From Ranitomeya imitator (taxonomy: Eukaryota): a stretch of DNA of 64,000 nucleotides. The stretch covers positions 26,536,001 through 26,600,000 of the forward strand of contig NC_091289.1 of the NCBI RefSeq assembly GCF_032444005.1, read 5' to 3'. Of this stretch, positions 26,530 to 41,015 are shown one piece after another (the stretch's first letter is position 1; the number at the start of each line of letters is the position of its first letter). The translations under genes were made by a program, and so were the position numbers. The notes under the pieces are model-generated. The model ran no database searches. It had not been told where the DNA came from and worked only from the letters and a program-made list of their open reading frames with translations.

Positions 26530-27150
26530 AGAGCTCCCGAGGGGCACAGAGCTCCCGAGCACCACAAAACTCCCGAGTGCCCACAAAAAACTCCCGAGCG
26601 CCCACAAAAAAACTCCCGAGCGCCCACAAAAAACTCCCGAGCGCCCACAAAAAACTCCCGAGGGGCACAGAGCTCCCGAGCGCCACAAAAAACTCCCAAG
26701 CGCCCACAAAAAACTCCCGAGCGCCCACAAAAAACTCCCGAGGGGCACAGAGCTCCCGAGCGCCACAAAAAACTCCCAAGCGCCACAAAAAACTCCCAAG
26801 GGGCACAGAGCTCCCGAGCGCCACAAAAAACTCCCGAGGGGCACAGAGCTCCCGAGGGGCACAGAGCTCCTGAGCGCCACAAAAAACTCCCAAGCACCCA
26901 CAAAAAACTCCCGAGGGGCACAGAGCTCCCGAGCGCCACAAAAAACTCCCAAGCGCCACAAAAAACTCCCAAGGGGCACAGAGCTCCCGAGCGCCACAAA
27001 AAACTCCCGAGGGGCACAGAGCTCCCGAGCGCCACAAAAAAAACCCGAGTGCCCAAAAAAACTCCCGAGGGGCACAGAGCTCCCGAGGGGCACAGAGCTC
27101 CCGAGCGCCAAAAAAACCTCCCGAGTGCCACAGAGCTCCCGAGCGGCACA
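26530..27150. repeat. Compound minisatellite of ~18-20 bp modules
   Basis: Alternating GAGGGGCACAGAGCTCCC and GAGCGCC(C)ACAAAAAAACTCCC modules. Confidence 0.9.
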
Positions 27151-30100
27151 AGACTCAAAGGCATATAGGAGGCTATTGAGTAAAAGTCAGGAGACTAATT
27201 GCTGATTTGGAAATGGTGATCTGCACACAGACTGTAAAACCAGCCTCACATTAATAAACCCTTTTTTACTCGATAAGTACAGATACTCGAGTCACTTAAA
27301 GGGAATCTCTCATCAAGTTTTTGCCACCTAATCTGAGAGCAGCAGATTGTGGAGAAAGAGACCCCAAATTCCAGTGATCTGTCAATTACTGGGCTGCTTG
27401 CTGTAGTTTTGATAAAATCACTTTTTTCAGCAAGCAATCGTCACTAGAGGATTAGTAAACCTGCTGGCATGTAGTCCTACATATTCCTGAGCTCTGTATA
27501 ACCACGCCCACCACCACCGATTGGCAGCCTTCTGCCTATGAACAGTGTACACAGAAAGCTTCCAATCGGGGATGTGGGCGGAGTCTTACAGAGCTCAGCA
27601 TTCAGAGAACTGCTGGATTTACATCAGATAAAAACAGTGATTTTATCAAAACGGCAGCAAGCAGTCCATGAAGTGATACGACAACGGAATTAAAATTTCT
27701 GCCTCTACATCATGCTGCTCTCAGATGGGGTAGATAAAAAAAACTTGGTGGCCTATTTTCTTTAGCTTCTCTTAGGAGGGGCATCAGGTATGGCGCTAGA
27801 GGGAGGACTACCGGGTATTTATCCCAAGTGCTACTGGAGTGAAGAAGATCCCAGATATGGCTCCGGGAGACCAGCCCATGACTAATGTCTATAGCAGCGG
27901 TAAGTGAGTGTAGATATCAACCATGTTGGAAAAGTTGGGCCATCAGAAGTGGTGAATATAGGTAGACGGGTCATATGAGAGAGATATGATCGTTATCGTT
28001 ATTACTATGCTTTGAGAAAACCTTTGTGGGGACAGAACTGGGGAAATTTCTTCATAATTGAACTTTAATTAAAAAGTAAATCACATGACAATTTACTGCA
28101 GAAAGATTTGGATAATCAAAACGCTACAAGATTTTTCCCAATTCTACTAATTTTCATAAAACGTTCTCTTTATTCTTTTGATTTTACTGCTATGAAATAT
28201 ATGAATTATGAATACCTTATACCGTTGTATATTTGGAAGTGCGTTCATCTAAACCACAGAAAAATGAGTCCTGGTAGGCGACTATAGAGTAAAGGTGGAC
28301 GTTTATTAACACTTGGTTCCTCGTGGGCGTATATGCTTTGTAATAGTACAGAGAGTTCCACAAAAATTGGAACACAATCTACCGTAAGCGATAAAAAATT
28401 AAAAAAAAAAATCCAGCAAACTGGTTCCCTCTGCCACTTTTCAAGTTAACATGATACTTCAACCTGCACAAGTGCATGTCTGTCTGAACATCGGCCAACA
28501 AAGGTTCTGCTTTTGTGACCATGTACAGGCCTGTACGCTAGTGAAGGAGTTTGCTTCTGAAAGGGACACTTCCAGTCTCCAGTGTAAGAAAAAAAAAGAA
28601 TTTAGTAATGTTGCGCTCGTGGCCATTAAACTTTCTGATAGTGGTGCAAGTTCTCGTGCTTCGTTTTTAATCATAATCTGCAGACTTTGCAGCATGCCAA
28701 TAAGCAGATGACAGAAAACACACACCTCCCTCTGCTGGTAATCCAGAAAATTGCATGGGTTAGTACCATAATTTCTACTTTGCAGACCCTTACAAAGGTC
28801 CTTTTTAAAAATGAATCTCTCACTATATTTATGCCTCTAATTCACCAGCACGGTTTTATGGAGTCAGAATTTAGCATTTCAGAGACATCCATGTCAATAC
28901 CGGCCATTTGGTAGTAAAAGGACTTTAGGAGAGCAGTCAATTGGCGGACGCTGCATGTACAATGTCTGTTCTCAATGTCACTCCATGTGACTGCAGACTT
29001 CTGAGCGCCGACCGCATGCGGTGCGCACACTGTCAGGATTCACTGGTATTGCTGGTGAGAGCGGGCAGTCACATGACCACAAGTATGCTATTTACATATG
29101 TCCAGCCACATTCTGACTAGACGTGGCAGGTTTCTCTGAATTGACAGAACCCTGACATGTCTAGTCGAGCCAACTCTCACCTGCGATAATGGTGAATACT
29201 GACAGTGTGTGCACCACTTGCTGCCAGCATTTGGAAGTCTGCAGTGACGGCAGACTTGTCAGAAGAGCAGACAACCCCTTTAACTGTGAAGACAAGGACA
29301 GTACTTTACCAATGAACTAATCTACCCTTTAATTATTTAAAGGGGCCCTCTCACCATTGCTTTGCAGAAGCACATTGCTCCCCATGCACCTGGCTTTCTG
29401 CTTGCAAGGGAGTGGTACGATCCAGATTGATAGACCGTTCGGAACAACATCATGATCTGTGCACGCACTGATGCAGCAAGGAGGGAGGCTTGTGATCTTA
29501 TCTTCAGGAGCACCTCTGCTCTCCTGCCTCCTGCTTGGGATATGTTCACACCTGTAAACTGACAGTTTAGACCAGCAGCAAGGTTGCACTGCCGGTACGA
29601 ACTGTGCTTTCTTCCTCGCTCCAAGTTGGTTGTTTTTACAGGCACTTTGCAATTTTACCCATATAAGATGATTAAACAATCTTTCCTGAAACGGCCAATC
29701 TTGACTGACAGTGAGCATGTTTAGAATGCCAAATGCGTAAAGACACACTGATGATTTAATGGCCCCACACCTAGCTGCAGGTTACCTTTAATACATTATC
29801 TAATACGTGACCTTGCATACACTGCCTAAAACCCGTTACTGCCCCCTTAGTATCATCTTACTAGGAGACCGGAGGTTCGGTTTAAAGAAGTTGTCAAGGA
29901 TTAAAAAAAACAAGCTGGCTTTCTACCAAAACTGGCACCACACCTGTCAACAGTTTGTGTGTTCCATTTTAATCCAGCCACATTCATTTCAATGGGATGG
30001 AAGGGAAATATAATAAAACATCCAAAAAGGACAGGTGTGGAACATCTCTAGAAGAAAAGCATCAGGTTTTACCAATTTTGGATAATTGCTTTAAAGGGAC

Positions 30101-30850
30101 GCTATAGTCAGAAAACAACCTACTGATTAAAATCAGGTTTTTATGTGTTAAATAAATTTCATGACATTTTTAGGAGATGTTTTTGTTTCCTTTTTACACA
30201 TCACAATCTGTATTAAAAAATAAAAAAAAATACAGTTTTCACTCCAGTCAATGGGACTTTTCTGACTAGTGTCGTTTTGTTTCAGGAAACAACACATGCA
30301 CATAGCCACTATGGCCATATGCTGACTCTAAATGTGTTTTTTTTTCTTTTTGCATTATTAAAAGATACACAAAAACCTGATAGAAATAATAGGTCATTTT
30401 CTGATGATCACTTTCCTGTAAGTGTGTACTGTCATCACAGTAATATTTCTTGTGCTTAAAATCCACTGCATCAAGTACCACCATTGTGCAGAATTACGCT
30501 TTTATATTTTCTATTGCATTCCCAATCAAATAAAAATTACCGTACATTATTTTTAAAGTTAATAAAAACATCAGAAAATTCTCACATTTGGTAATTAAAA
30601 AAGGAAAAAAAAAAAAGCTTCAGAAAATTGGAAAATTAGTCAACGACAAATTCAAAAGAAAAGGATGGGTGATGTCAAGACATGGAGCAGTGAGGTTAGT
30701 GATATGTACAGGAATCTGGAGCAAAAGGTTAGATATATGTACAGAAGTTCTGAGCAAAGGAAACATTCTTTTTAGTAAGAAAAGTCAGTAGTTTTAAGGA
30801 CACAGAAGATACTGGTTTAGCCCCCGAAGATGATAGATCTAGTCACCAAC

Positions 30851-31568
30851 CTTGGTTAACAGTGGATCTGTTGTCCAAGTCTATCCCATCGTTTTCAGGA
30901 ATATCGTAATCTTCTGTGGATGGCACTGAGGTTTGTAAAGGAACTGTACTCCCAGTAGGCGTAGCCAAGTCACTGACGTATACTAAAGTAGTATTTTGTT
31001 TTTGCTTGGAATCTATTAAAGTTTCAATAGTACCGGGATCTTTTTTCACATCGGCACTTTCTGTAGTCATGGTAGACTCTGTGTGGTTCTGCACATCTGA
31101 AGAATTTGTGGCAACGTCAACCTTCTCCTTCTTTTCGCTGTCTTCGCCTTCCTCCTCTTCCTGTTCTCGTTCACCCTCTTCCCCCTCGCCTTTTTCACCT
31201 TTGTCCCCCTCCTCAGCCCCATCGCTGGTTTTTGTAGGAGAAGCATCGTTGTCTGAGCCTGTGGACGGTAAAGGTTCAGTAGTAGACACTACAGGCCTGG
31301 CGGCCTGTTTACTGGCGGAAGAGGAAGTGGGGAGGCGAGTGGGCCACACAGTGCTAGGAAAAGAAGGTAAACCACCACCACTAAACCCAAGACCAGCAAG
31401 CAGAGTACTTGTCACCACAGAGGCCACGGTAGCTTGGCTCCCACTTGAAGAAGGGCCCATTCCAGTGGCCATTGAAACAAAAGAAAAGGGGATGCCAGAG
31501 GAAGTCCAGGTGGAGGATCCAGAACTGATTGGAGCCATGTCAGCGGAGGAAGCAGGGGAAGCAGTAGG
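30851..31568 (-). CDS. PTPRG: PTPRG large extracellular spacer exon (718 bp)
   Basis: Encodes [62 protein letters not shown]..., then an acidic stretch, ending ...STVNQ. ctacaag acceptor, CAAG|GTTGGT donor, phase 1 out. Confidence 0.93.
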
Positions 31569-32132
31569 CTTGTAGAAGAAAAGAGCAGAAAAAGAAGAGT
31601 CAGTACATTACCTGGAATAAGACTTTTAGAAAGTGCACTGGTGGAAATTTCTTTCTCAACTTTCTCATTCTGTATTTAAGATAAAATAAGACACTATTTT
31701 CAATCATAAGACAAATCAGGGATGATAGGGTTCTCACGGGATATAAATGTGGATTTCACTTTCAAATGGATTCCAAAGTGGAGTATTTCCATATCTTCGA
31801 GTGATGGCAAAGAAAGGGTATTCCCAAAATGTAAGATTAACATCTATTGATAGTTGATGTGACATCTTACAAATGCGACTACTGGGACAACCTGGAAATT
31901 CTGGGAACCAGTTTAGGATCCCAAGAACCAGACTCCACAGCCCTGTCTTGAATCATTCAGAGGTGTGCATACTCAACCTCCGATCCATTTATGTTCTATG
32001 TGTTAAGTGCTATACTGCGTTTTTGGCATTCTCCGCCAGTCCTTGTTGTGAATGGATCAGAGGTTGAACATGCGCATCTCCACCCCACAGATGATGAAGA
32101 TATGGAGCAATCACTAATTTGTAGAAGGTTAA

Positions 32133-32517
32133 AAGGGGCTGTCTTGTGAAAACAAGTTATCACCTAAGAACAAGATATCATATAGTCTTAAGATAGGTGA
32201 TAAATTTATGACCAATGGGAGTCCAATCGCTGGAACCCACATCAAATCATCCGAATAAACAATTTGTGTCCCCCTTAGGAAAGGAGTGGAGTGCTTGACA
32301 GATGCTCCAATCATTCCCTATGGAGCTGCACTTGGATTTTCCCAGACTGAATAGAGCAGCGATTGGTCATGTATTAGTGACCCTCCATTTTGGAACGGAG
32401 ATAAAAGTTTCTCAACCTGCCGATGGCTGCTAGTCCCAGTGGCTGGACCCAAACTAATTGGCCAGTTATTACCTATCCCACGGATAGGCGATTTCTTGTT
32501 TTCACTGGACAACCCCT
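32133..32517. mobile_element. TTAA-flanked MITE (T2/Kolobok-like)
   Basis: TTAA|AAGGGGCTGTCTTGTGAAAACAAG...CTTGTTTTCACTGGACAACCCCT|TTAA. Confidence 0.65.
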
Positions 32518-34289
32518 TTAAAATCCACAGGATAGAGGATAACTTTAGATTCTGGGAATACTGCGTTAATGATTACTGGTGGTCTGACGTCTGTGACTTT
32601 GAATAAAAAAGCCAAAATTCAGCACCACTAAGAAAGGAAAAATAGTGAAGGGCAGCCATTGCCTCTTTTTTTCCCCCTCAGGATCAAGATGGTCCAAGAG
32701 GTCAGACAGTGATCATTCGGTGACGTCAATCCTAGCGATAAAGAGTTTTGCTACATGTCCTGAACTCCATTTTTACCAGGACATTTCGATGACTGAAAGA
32801 GGTTCCCAAGACTATCCACCTTCAGTGTGCTGATTGTCAAGGCCTCATCTCTAACAGTACTTAGAGCAAGCTACCATATGTATTTGTAAAGATCTGAAAA
32901 AAAAAACATTAATTTCATCATACGAGACCGTACTAAAGTCCGTGTGGCATCTTTGTATTCCAGTCCTGTTGGTAGGGAAAAAAATGGCCCATGAGGCAGC
33001 AATCAAGGGAGCACGTTGCCATTTCTGTGCTCCAGGAGGCCATTTTGAAGCATTACATAATTATGGGGCTCCTGGTACATGCACCACCAATTCCTTGGGA
33101 GTTATTTTATTATGGTGTAGACTTTGTGAAACTGAAGTTAACTCTTAGTGAACCAGAGATGAAATTATGCTTCTATATAATAGGGAAATCAGAAACCGCC
33201 AGGTGAATTTTTTTTCTCCTATTGGATGCCACTCTTACAGCAGTAAAATAATGTATACAGATGTATAAAAGTCAGAGGGAGGCCGAGAGGACACCATTTT
33301 AGTCTCCGCCAGGAGAATGGAGGCTTATTGATACATTTGGCATACGGGCCAGGAGCTTTCTGGATACATATGGCTGGCAAACACCTGGACCCGTGGAAGC
33401 GCATTTTGCGTGTAACGGCCGTAGTCCTTCTCCTCTCCCCCGCACCCAATCCTCTTTCCTGCCGCCTCTCCGCATAATGTCTCACATCGCTTTAAGCGAA
33501 TAAAGGACACTATCTTCAGCAAGAATCTGGTGAGTGCTGCATCTTTTGTTATTTAACTGGCTGGCAAACACGGTTTAACCTATTTAATTCAGAATCGAAA
33601 CATAAAAAATTAAATAAAACTGCACAATATAAGTTCTTCATATTGACTAACCCATATATCTCAATCTGTTCAATAGGTTGCAGAAGAAGAAGCCAATTTT
33701 CTTAGCGGAGATTTTAATTACATTTGTGTCCACCGGATGTCACCATTGTGTCATCTACAGTCAGCAAATTTCCCTCGTTAATGTGCCGCTTAGCGACCAA
33801 AAAAAAAAAATTGGCACAGAGTGAAGAATAAGGATTTCCTAACAACATTCAATTTATTTCCTCCGGACGCAGAGTTTAAGGTCCAAAGCTAAACTCGGAT
33901 ATAAAGTGCTACCTGTTTTTATTACAGCTGTGGACAGCAATATGCATGTGATGGGAGATAACTAGTACAGATAGAAGGATATCTAAATAGAGGGGCTATA
34001 ACAGCTGGCAAATGGAAAAAGAGACAGATCATTTGAAAACATTTTGCCAAGACTCGAGACACAAATTTCGGTTTTCGAAAAGTTTGATGCTTCAGTTTCT
34101 ATAGTGGAAATTTGCATTAACTCTAGACTACTATGAAGAGTGATCACTTGAATCGCAAAAAATTGTACAGTCATAAAATTTATTGTAATCACAAAAACCT
34201 AATTTCCACCGAATTTCAGCCCTGCCACAAAAATAAACTGCTTACATAATGTCTGATTTTCTCGGTAGCTGAGGAGATGGTGTTAACAA

Positions 34290-35525
34290 GGACAAGGCAG
34301 CTGATATTACTCAGTCATACTTTATTTATAAGGGCAGACTGGTTACTTTAAAAGGGGAATGATGCATGAAATCATCATCTTCTTCTGTTAACCAAGGAAA
34401 CACATGAAGTCATCATTTTTTTGCATCATAAAGGCTTTACAGGCAAGGACATTGCGGCTTGTAAGATTGCTCTTATATCAACCATTTATCGGCTCATCAA
34501 GAACATCAAACAGGTTCAATATGCAGTGAAGAAAGCCTAAGGGTACTCAAAGTCTAGAAAATGCCAGGACTGTCTCCTAAATAGGATTCAACTGTGGGAT
34601 CGGTTCAACATCAGTGCAGAGCTTACTCAGGAATGGTAGAAGGCAGGTGTCCATGCACCTGTGAGTGAGATAAGGGCTTTTGGAGACTGGCCTTGAGTCA
34701 AGAAGGACAGCAAACAAGTCACTTCCCTACCAAGAAAAACATTAAGGACACACAGACATTATGCATGAACCATAGGGATTGGACTGCTGACTGGGGTAAA
34801 GTTATTTTCTCTGATGAAGCCCCCTTCAGACTGTTTGGACATGTCGAAGAATGACCGTCCAGAGAAGAAAAGATCCACGCTACCATGAGACCTGTGCCAT
34901 GCCAACAGCAAAGCATCCTTACAGCATTCCTGTTTGGGGCTTTTCCTCCAAGGTGGTGGACTCACTCACAATTTTGCCACGAATAAAGTATTGCATCTAA
35001 ACATCATCCAAAAATAACTTCTTCCAAGCATCCAGAATCAATTTGGTGATGAACAATATAATTTGCCGAATAATGGAGCACCATGTCACAAGGTAAAAGG
35101 CATAGCTAAGTGACACAGTGAATAAAACATGGAAATTTTAGGTCCATGATCAGTAAACTCCCCAGATGACAAACCCAATGACAACCTGTGGTCAATCCTC
35201 AAAAAGCAGGCAGAAAAATAAAACCTAAAAATTGTGCTGAAGTCCAAACACTGATCAGATTAAAACGGAGAGACATCAGTCAGGATTTAGCCCAAAAGCG
35301 GATATCCAACATGCCAAGGTGAAGAGGATTAGTCTTAAAAATAAAAAGTCAACACCATAAATATTGAGTATATGCGAAAACTTGATGTATTGGTGAACAA
35401 AAGTTTCAAAAAGTATGAAAAGCTGAGCATTGTATTTCACTAGTAGAAACATCTGCCTAAAAAATGATGCATCGAACTTTGTGAAAACCTACCGTATATT
35501 TGTGTCGATCTCAAAACTTTTGGTC
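34290..35525 (+). mobile_element. Heavily decayed Tc1 remnant (boundaries approximate)
   Basis: Relic VIFSDEAPFRLFG at ~34800 and an NSPD-NP--NLWSILK-like segment at ~35155. Confidence 0.6.
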
Positions 35526-35629
35526 AAAATGGTAGAAACAAACACATAGAACGACAGATACATTTGATAGATAGGAAATGAATGGTTTATGGAAATAAAC
35601 ATTGAAGAACTAGTTATTCTCATACTTAC

Positions 35630-35679
35630 CACTCCTGTCTTGACAATTCTCGTTCCTTCAAAAATGCGAGTTGTGTTGG
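35630..35679 (-). CDS. PTPRG: PTPRG 50-bp coding exon
   Basis: T-tract-ccag acceptor and GTAAGT donor. Encodes (A)NTTRIFEGTRIVKTGV, matching PTPRG. Phase 1 in, phase 0 out. Confidence 0.93.
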
Positions 35680-36829
35680 CTGGAAAAAAAAAAAGATTTT
35701 CAAAGATTTAAAAGAACAAAACAGTTTTATGGAATTTATGATCATGGAAAGCCCCTATAATCCTGTTTTTTCATCATTACTTGTCTCGCCAGACAAGTTG
35801 AACACCTATGGTAATACCACAAAACATTTCTCTTGAACTCAAACAATGGAATTTAATTAAATCAAACATTTATTCCAAGATGGAAGATGAGAAGACGACT
35901 TGGAAGAAGGTGAGAGAAGTTGGACATCTACATGATTTAAAGCCACTTTTCAATGTTTCACATTTCATTATATGCACTGGCAGAATTAGCTGTAAACAGG
36001 TTTTATGAAAGTATCGGACTACATTCACAAAGCAAACGTCATATTTTCTAACTATCTCCTCTGAGTAGCTAGACTGAAGGACACAAAGAACACAAATGAC
36101 GGACAAGGGCATTAGCTACCAGTGATATAGGTGAGACGATGACCCTGGTAATGTCAGCAGTAACTCCCACGGCGTGTGGACAGTGAGACACACACAAGGA
36201 GACATTACAATTTGATTTTTCCATTACGCTGCTTTTTCCTTAATGGGTTATTCTCTTCTTTTTCATTGAAAAACTGCTTGTAAAAGGAAACTTTACTAAT
36301 GACCTCTATTAAATATCCACTCGTTTTACCGGCACTAATCCGTAAGACTGTGGACAAAAATGAAGCGATTTGAGGCTTCTAGAACGCCTTAATCGACCTT
36401 TAATACATAAGTGCTCATTTCTCCACGAATGGTCTGTATCCTTTTCTAGCCCAGAGATATATTTGCACACATAGTATATGAGGGAAATGTGGGCTACCGC
36501 CCAGAGCCCTAGGCTCCGGGAGGCCCGTGGCCAGATCGCCCGCCATCATAACAATGGTGGCGCACATATCCCAACAGGGAGTTTTCCAGGCGCCCCGATG
36601 TTGATACAGAATGGCAGCACAGCACGAGGGGAGCTCCCGTAGCCTCTGCTGTGACATGTCAGCGCAATGAAGTCATCAGAAGGTGCTGGCGAGCACCAGC
36701 ATGTACACGCTGCCTGTAAGTACAAGTGGTGCCTCGGGGATCAGAGCAGAGTGCCAGGGGAACAGGAGTGAGGCGAGTAGTTTTTCTTTTTTTAATATGT
36801 ACATGGCATGTGTGCCAATATATGGGCTA

Positions 36830-38030
36830 TGTGAGGGCTCGTACTGTATATAGGTTGTTATTTGGGGGCTCATCTTGCGCATAGGGAGTTATGTGGAGGC
36901 TTATACTGTATATAGGGGGAATATATGAGGGCTCACACCGTACATAGGTGCCTATGTAAGGGCTCATACTGTATACAGGGGCTCATAATGTATATAGCAG
37001 GACATATGGGGACTCATACTATATATAGGGAGCTATATGTGGGCTCATACTGTATCTAGGGGCTATGCGACAGCTTGTGCTGTATATAGGAGTCTATGTG
37101 GGAGATCATAATTATCTAGGGGACTCATGTTGTATATTGGAGGCTATGTGAGGGATCATGCAGTATATTGGGGCTATAGGGGCTCATACTTTAAGTACGG
37201 GGCTATGTGAGGGCTCATACTGTATTTAGGGACTATATAAGGGATAATACTGTAACTAGGGGGCTATGTAAGGGCTCAAACTGTATATAGGGATTTATGT
37301 GAGGGCTCATACTGTATATAGGGAGTTATGTGAGGGCTCATACTGTATATAGGGAGTTATGTGAGGGCTCATACTGTATATAGGGAGTTATGTGAGGGCT
37401 CATACTGTATATAGGGAGTTATGTGAGGGCTCATACTGTATATAGGGAGTTATGTGGGGCTCATACTGTATATAGGGAGTTATGTGGGGCTCATACTGTA
37501 TATAGGGAGTTATGTGAGGGCTCATACTGTATATAGGGAGTTATGTGAGGGCTCATACTGTATATAGGGAGTTATGTGAGGGCTCATACTGTATATAGGG
37601 AGTTATGTGAGGGCTCATACTGTATATAGGGAGTTATGTGAGGGCTCATACTGTATATAGGGAGTTATGTGAGGGCTCATACTGTATATAGGGAGTTATG
37701 TGAGGGCTCATACTGTATATAGGGAGTTATGTGAGGGCTCATACTGTATATAGGGAGTTATGTGAGGGCTCATACTGTATATAGGGAGTTATGTGGGGCT
37801 CATACTGTATATAGGGAGTTATGTGACGGCTCATACTGTATATAGGGAGTTATGTGAGGGCTCATATTGAATATAGAGAGTTATGTGAGGGCTCACTGTA
37901 TCTAGGAGGTTGCATGTGGGCACATATTGTATGTACAGGGCTATGTGCGGGCTCATACTGTATAGAAGTGGGCTGTATGGGGGCTCATTGTATGTAGGGG
38001 CTATGTGAAGCTCATAATGTATATAGGGGA
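36830..38030. repeat. 31-bp minisatellite with a homogeneous core (~37297-37865) and degenerate flanks
   Basis: Unit GAGGGCTCATACTGTATATAGGGAGTTATGT; period 31 (e.g. 37321 to 37352). Confidence 0.95.
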
Positions 38031-38934
38031 TGTCAGCATACTTAATTCTGCTCAATATTAAGTTATACAATTAATACAAAAAATTATAATTAATATGTTA
38101 ATATTGAGCAGAATTAATTCAGCCTATTGGTTCTGCCTCCACAATAGTTACCGTCTCTCATGTGGCCCCTTGGAATGGAAGTGAACAGGTTTTAGTTTTT
38201 ACTTAAGTGATCGTTTGTTAAGAGACAAGTATATTCTTATTGGTATTTTGTTGCAATTTCTTAGAAAGTAAAGTTTTTCTTTCCCAAAAAATGTTGGAGT
38301 TTCCGACTTGATATATTTGGATATTAATGGGTATCCTGGCAAGGAAGCGATACCCATGTTCTCTACTGTGGTTGGGTCACCGGTAAAGAAAGTTCTGATG
38401 CATGGGGTAAGTAACGTTCTACAGCTCCGGGCCTCTCCAGAGCCAACAACAGATGCACTAATTAAGCTTAACAGATTGATTTAGGATCTTATGTGAAGAC
38501 TTGCAAGTTCAGCAGCTCTCGCTCCATTACTCCTCTGTAGGGGCTGTCAGCAGGCAATGTCTATCCAGATTAATTTTCAGGTTTACCATCCATGAAAACA
38601 TCAACTTTTTACACTCTGCAAAGTACCCAGTAAATATTTGCTTAATTTCCAATTTTGGACTAACAATGCCAGGCTCTTCATTTCCGTTACGGACATCTGA
38701 CGATCCAACGGCTTGCCATGAATCTCTTCGGAAGCAGTCGAACAAACGGTTAATTTATTTTGCATTTCTTAATCACAAAGCGCAACACGCAGATTTGATT
38801 TCTGACAGCTCATTTTTAGGAGTACCGTATAGCGGTTACCGTCAAAGTGGAAATTAATTGGCCGGAGTGAAAATTAAAAAGATAAAATAGGCAAATAAGA
38901 CTACTGAGAAGCGCAAGTGTAAAATGGTAATATA

Positions 38935-40545
38935 CAGTACAGACCAAAAGTTTGGACACACCATCTCATTTAAAGATTTTTCTGTATTTTCATGACTATG
39001 AAAATTGTAAATTTCCACTGAAGGCATCAAAACTATGAATTAACACATACTTAACAAAAAAGTGTGAAACAACTGAAAATATGTCATATTCTGGGCTCTT
39101 CAGAGTAGCCACCTTTTGCTTTGGTGACTGTTTTGCACACTCTTGGCATTCTCTTGATGAGCTTCAAGAGGTAGTCACCGGAAATGGTTTTCACTTCACA
39201 GATGTGCCCTGTCAGGTTTAATAAGTGAGATTTTTTGCCTTATAAATGGGGTTGGGACCATCAGTTGTGTTGTGCAGAAGTCTGGTGGATACACAGCTGA
39301 TAGTCCTACTCAATAGACTGTTAGACTTTGCATTATGGCAAGAAAAAAAGCAGCTAAGTAAAGAAAAACAAGTGGCCATCATTACTTTAAGAAATGAAGA
39401 TCAGTCAGTCCGAAAAATTGGGAAAACTTTGAAAGTGTCCCCAAGTGCAGTTGCAAAAACCATCAAGCACTACAAAAAAAATTGGCTCATTGAGGACCGC
39501 CCCAGGAAAGGAAGACCAAGAGTCACCTCTGCTTCTGAGGAGACGTTTATCCGAGTCACCAGCCTCAGAAATTGCAGGTTAACAGCAGCTCAGATTAGAG
39601 ACCAGGTCAATGCCACACAGAGTTCTAGCGACAGATACATCTCTACAACAACTGTTAAGAGGAGACTTTGTGCAGCAGGCCTTCATGGTAAAATAGCTGC
39701 TAGGAAACCACTGCTAAGGACAGGCACCAAGCAGAAGGGACTTGTTTGGGCTAAAGAACACAAGGAATGGACATTAGACCAGTGGAAATCTGTGCTTTAG
39801 TCTGATGAGTCCAAATTTGAGATCTTTGGTTCCAACCACCTTGTCTTTGTGCGACACAGAAAAGTGAACGGATGGACTCTACATGCCTGGTTCCCACCAT
39901 GAAGCATGGAGGAGGAGGTGTGATGGTGTGGGGGTGCTTTGCTGGTTACACTGTTGGGGATTTATTCAAAAGTGAAGGCATACTGAACCAGCATGGCTAC
40001 CACAGCATCTTGCAGCTGCATGCTATTCCATCTGGTTTGCGTTTAGTTGGACCATCATTTATTTTTCAACAGGACAATGATCCCAAACACACCTCCAGGC
40101 TGTGTAAGGGCTATTTAACCAAGAAGGAGTGTGATGGGCTGCTACGCCAGATGACCTGGCCTCCACAGTCAGCAGACCTGAACCCAATCAAGATGGTTTG
40201 GGGTGAGCTGGACCACAGAGTGAAGGCAAACGGGCCAACAAGTGCTAAGGAACTGGGAACTCCTTCAAGATTGTTGGAAGACCATTTCCGGTGACTACCT
40301 CTTGAAGTTCATCAAGAGAATGCCAAGAGTGTGCAAAGCAGTCATCAAAGCAAAAGGTGGCTACTTTGAAGAACATAGAATATAAGACATAATTTCAGTT
40401 GTTTCACACTTTTTTAAGTATATAATTCCACATGTGTTAGTTCATAGTTTTGATGCCTTCAGTGTGAATGTACAATTTTCATAGTCATGAAAATACAGAA
40501 AAATCATTAAATGAGAAGGTGTGTCCAAACTTTTGGTCTGTACTG
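38935..40545 (+). mobile_element. Full-length Tc1 with a disrupted transposase (ATG at ~39335)
   Basis: TA|CAGTACAGACCAAAAGTTTGGACACACC...GGTGTGTCCAAACTTTTGGTCTGTACTG|TA. Fragments GRPRVTS, KHGGGGVMVWGCF, QQDNDPKH and WPPQSADLNPI are broken by stops and frameshifts. Confidence 0.93.
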
Positions 40546-40642
40546 TATAATTTATGAGAAATTTCAAAAAAATAGATTTTTTTTTCCAAATATGTTATAA
40601 CATACATTGATTAAAGACAAAGGTTTATATAGAAAAAAAAGG

Positions 40643-41015
40643 AAAAAAAATCTATTAATATAAGATATGTATTACAGCTAAAAAATGAGGGCACCTGACC
40701 CAAAAAAAATAACATAGAAAGGCAGATTCTGAGTGACCCGAGTGGTCTCTTCATGCGGTTTAGCCCCTTTAACTTGAAAGGAGATGGGTTGCAATCCTGT
40801 ACAGTGCTTAAAAGCGCAACCAGATGGAGTGAGACAGGATCGCAACTCTCGGACTGCCCAGTGGTTCTCCCAATTAAACACGCAGATACATAAATATATA
40901 AAGCTGTCATGTTCGGGTCGGGAGGGCCTCTGGCCAGTCCGTGCACTGCGTTCCAATTTGGGTCTGATTTATTTGGTCGTCTGACTGTGCCTTAAAGATT
41001 ATATTCTGATTTCCC
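40643..41015. repeat. Left copy of a 373-bp direct duplication flanking the Penelope-like element
   Basis: Matches 48446-48817 apart from one A-run length difference seen. Confidence 0.9.

Noticed and set aside
26464-27164. Three ~215-aa ORFs
   Set aside because: Products of a compound minisatellite with no stop codons in its units.
36830-38030. CRISPR-like regular 31-bp repeats
   Set aside because: Head-to-tail units with no unique spacers, in a vertebrate intron with no cas genes.
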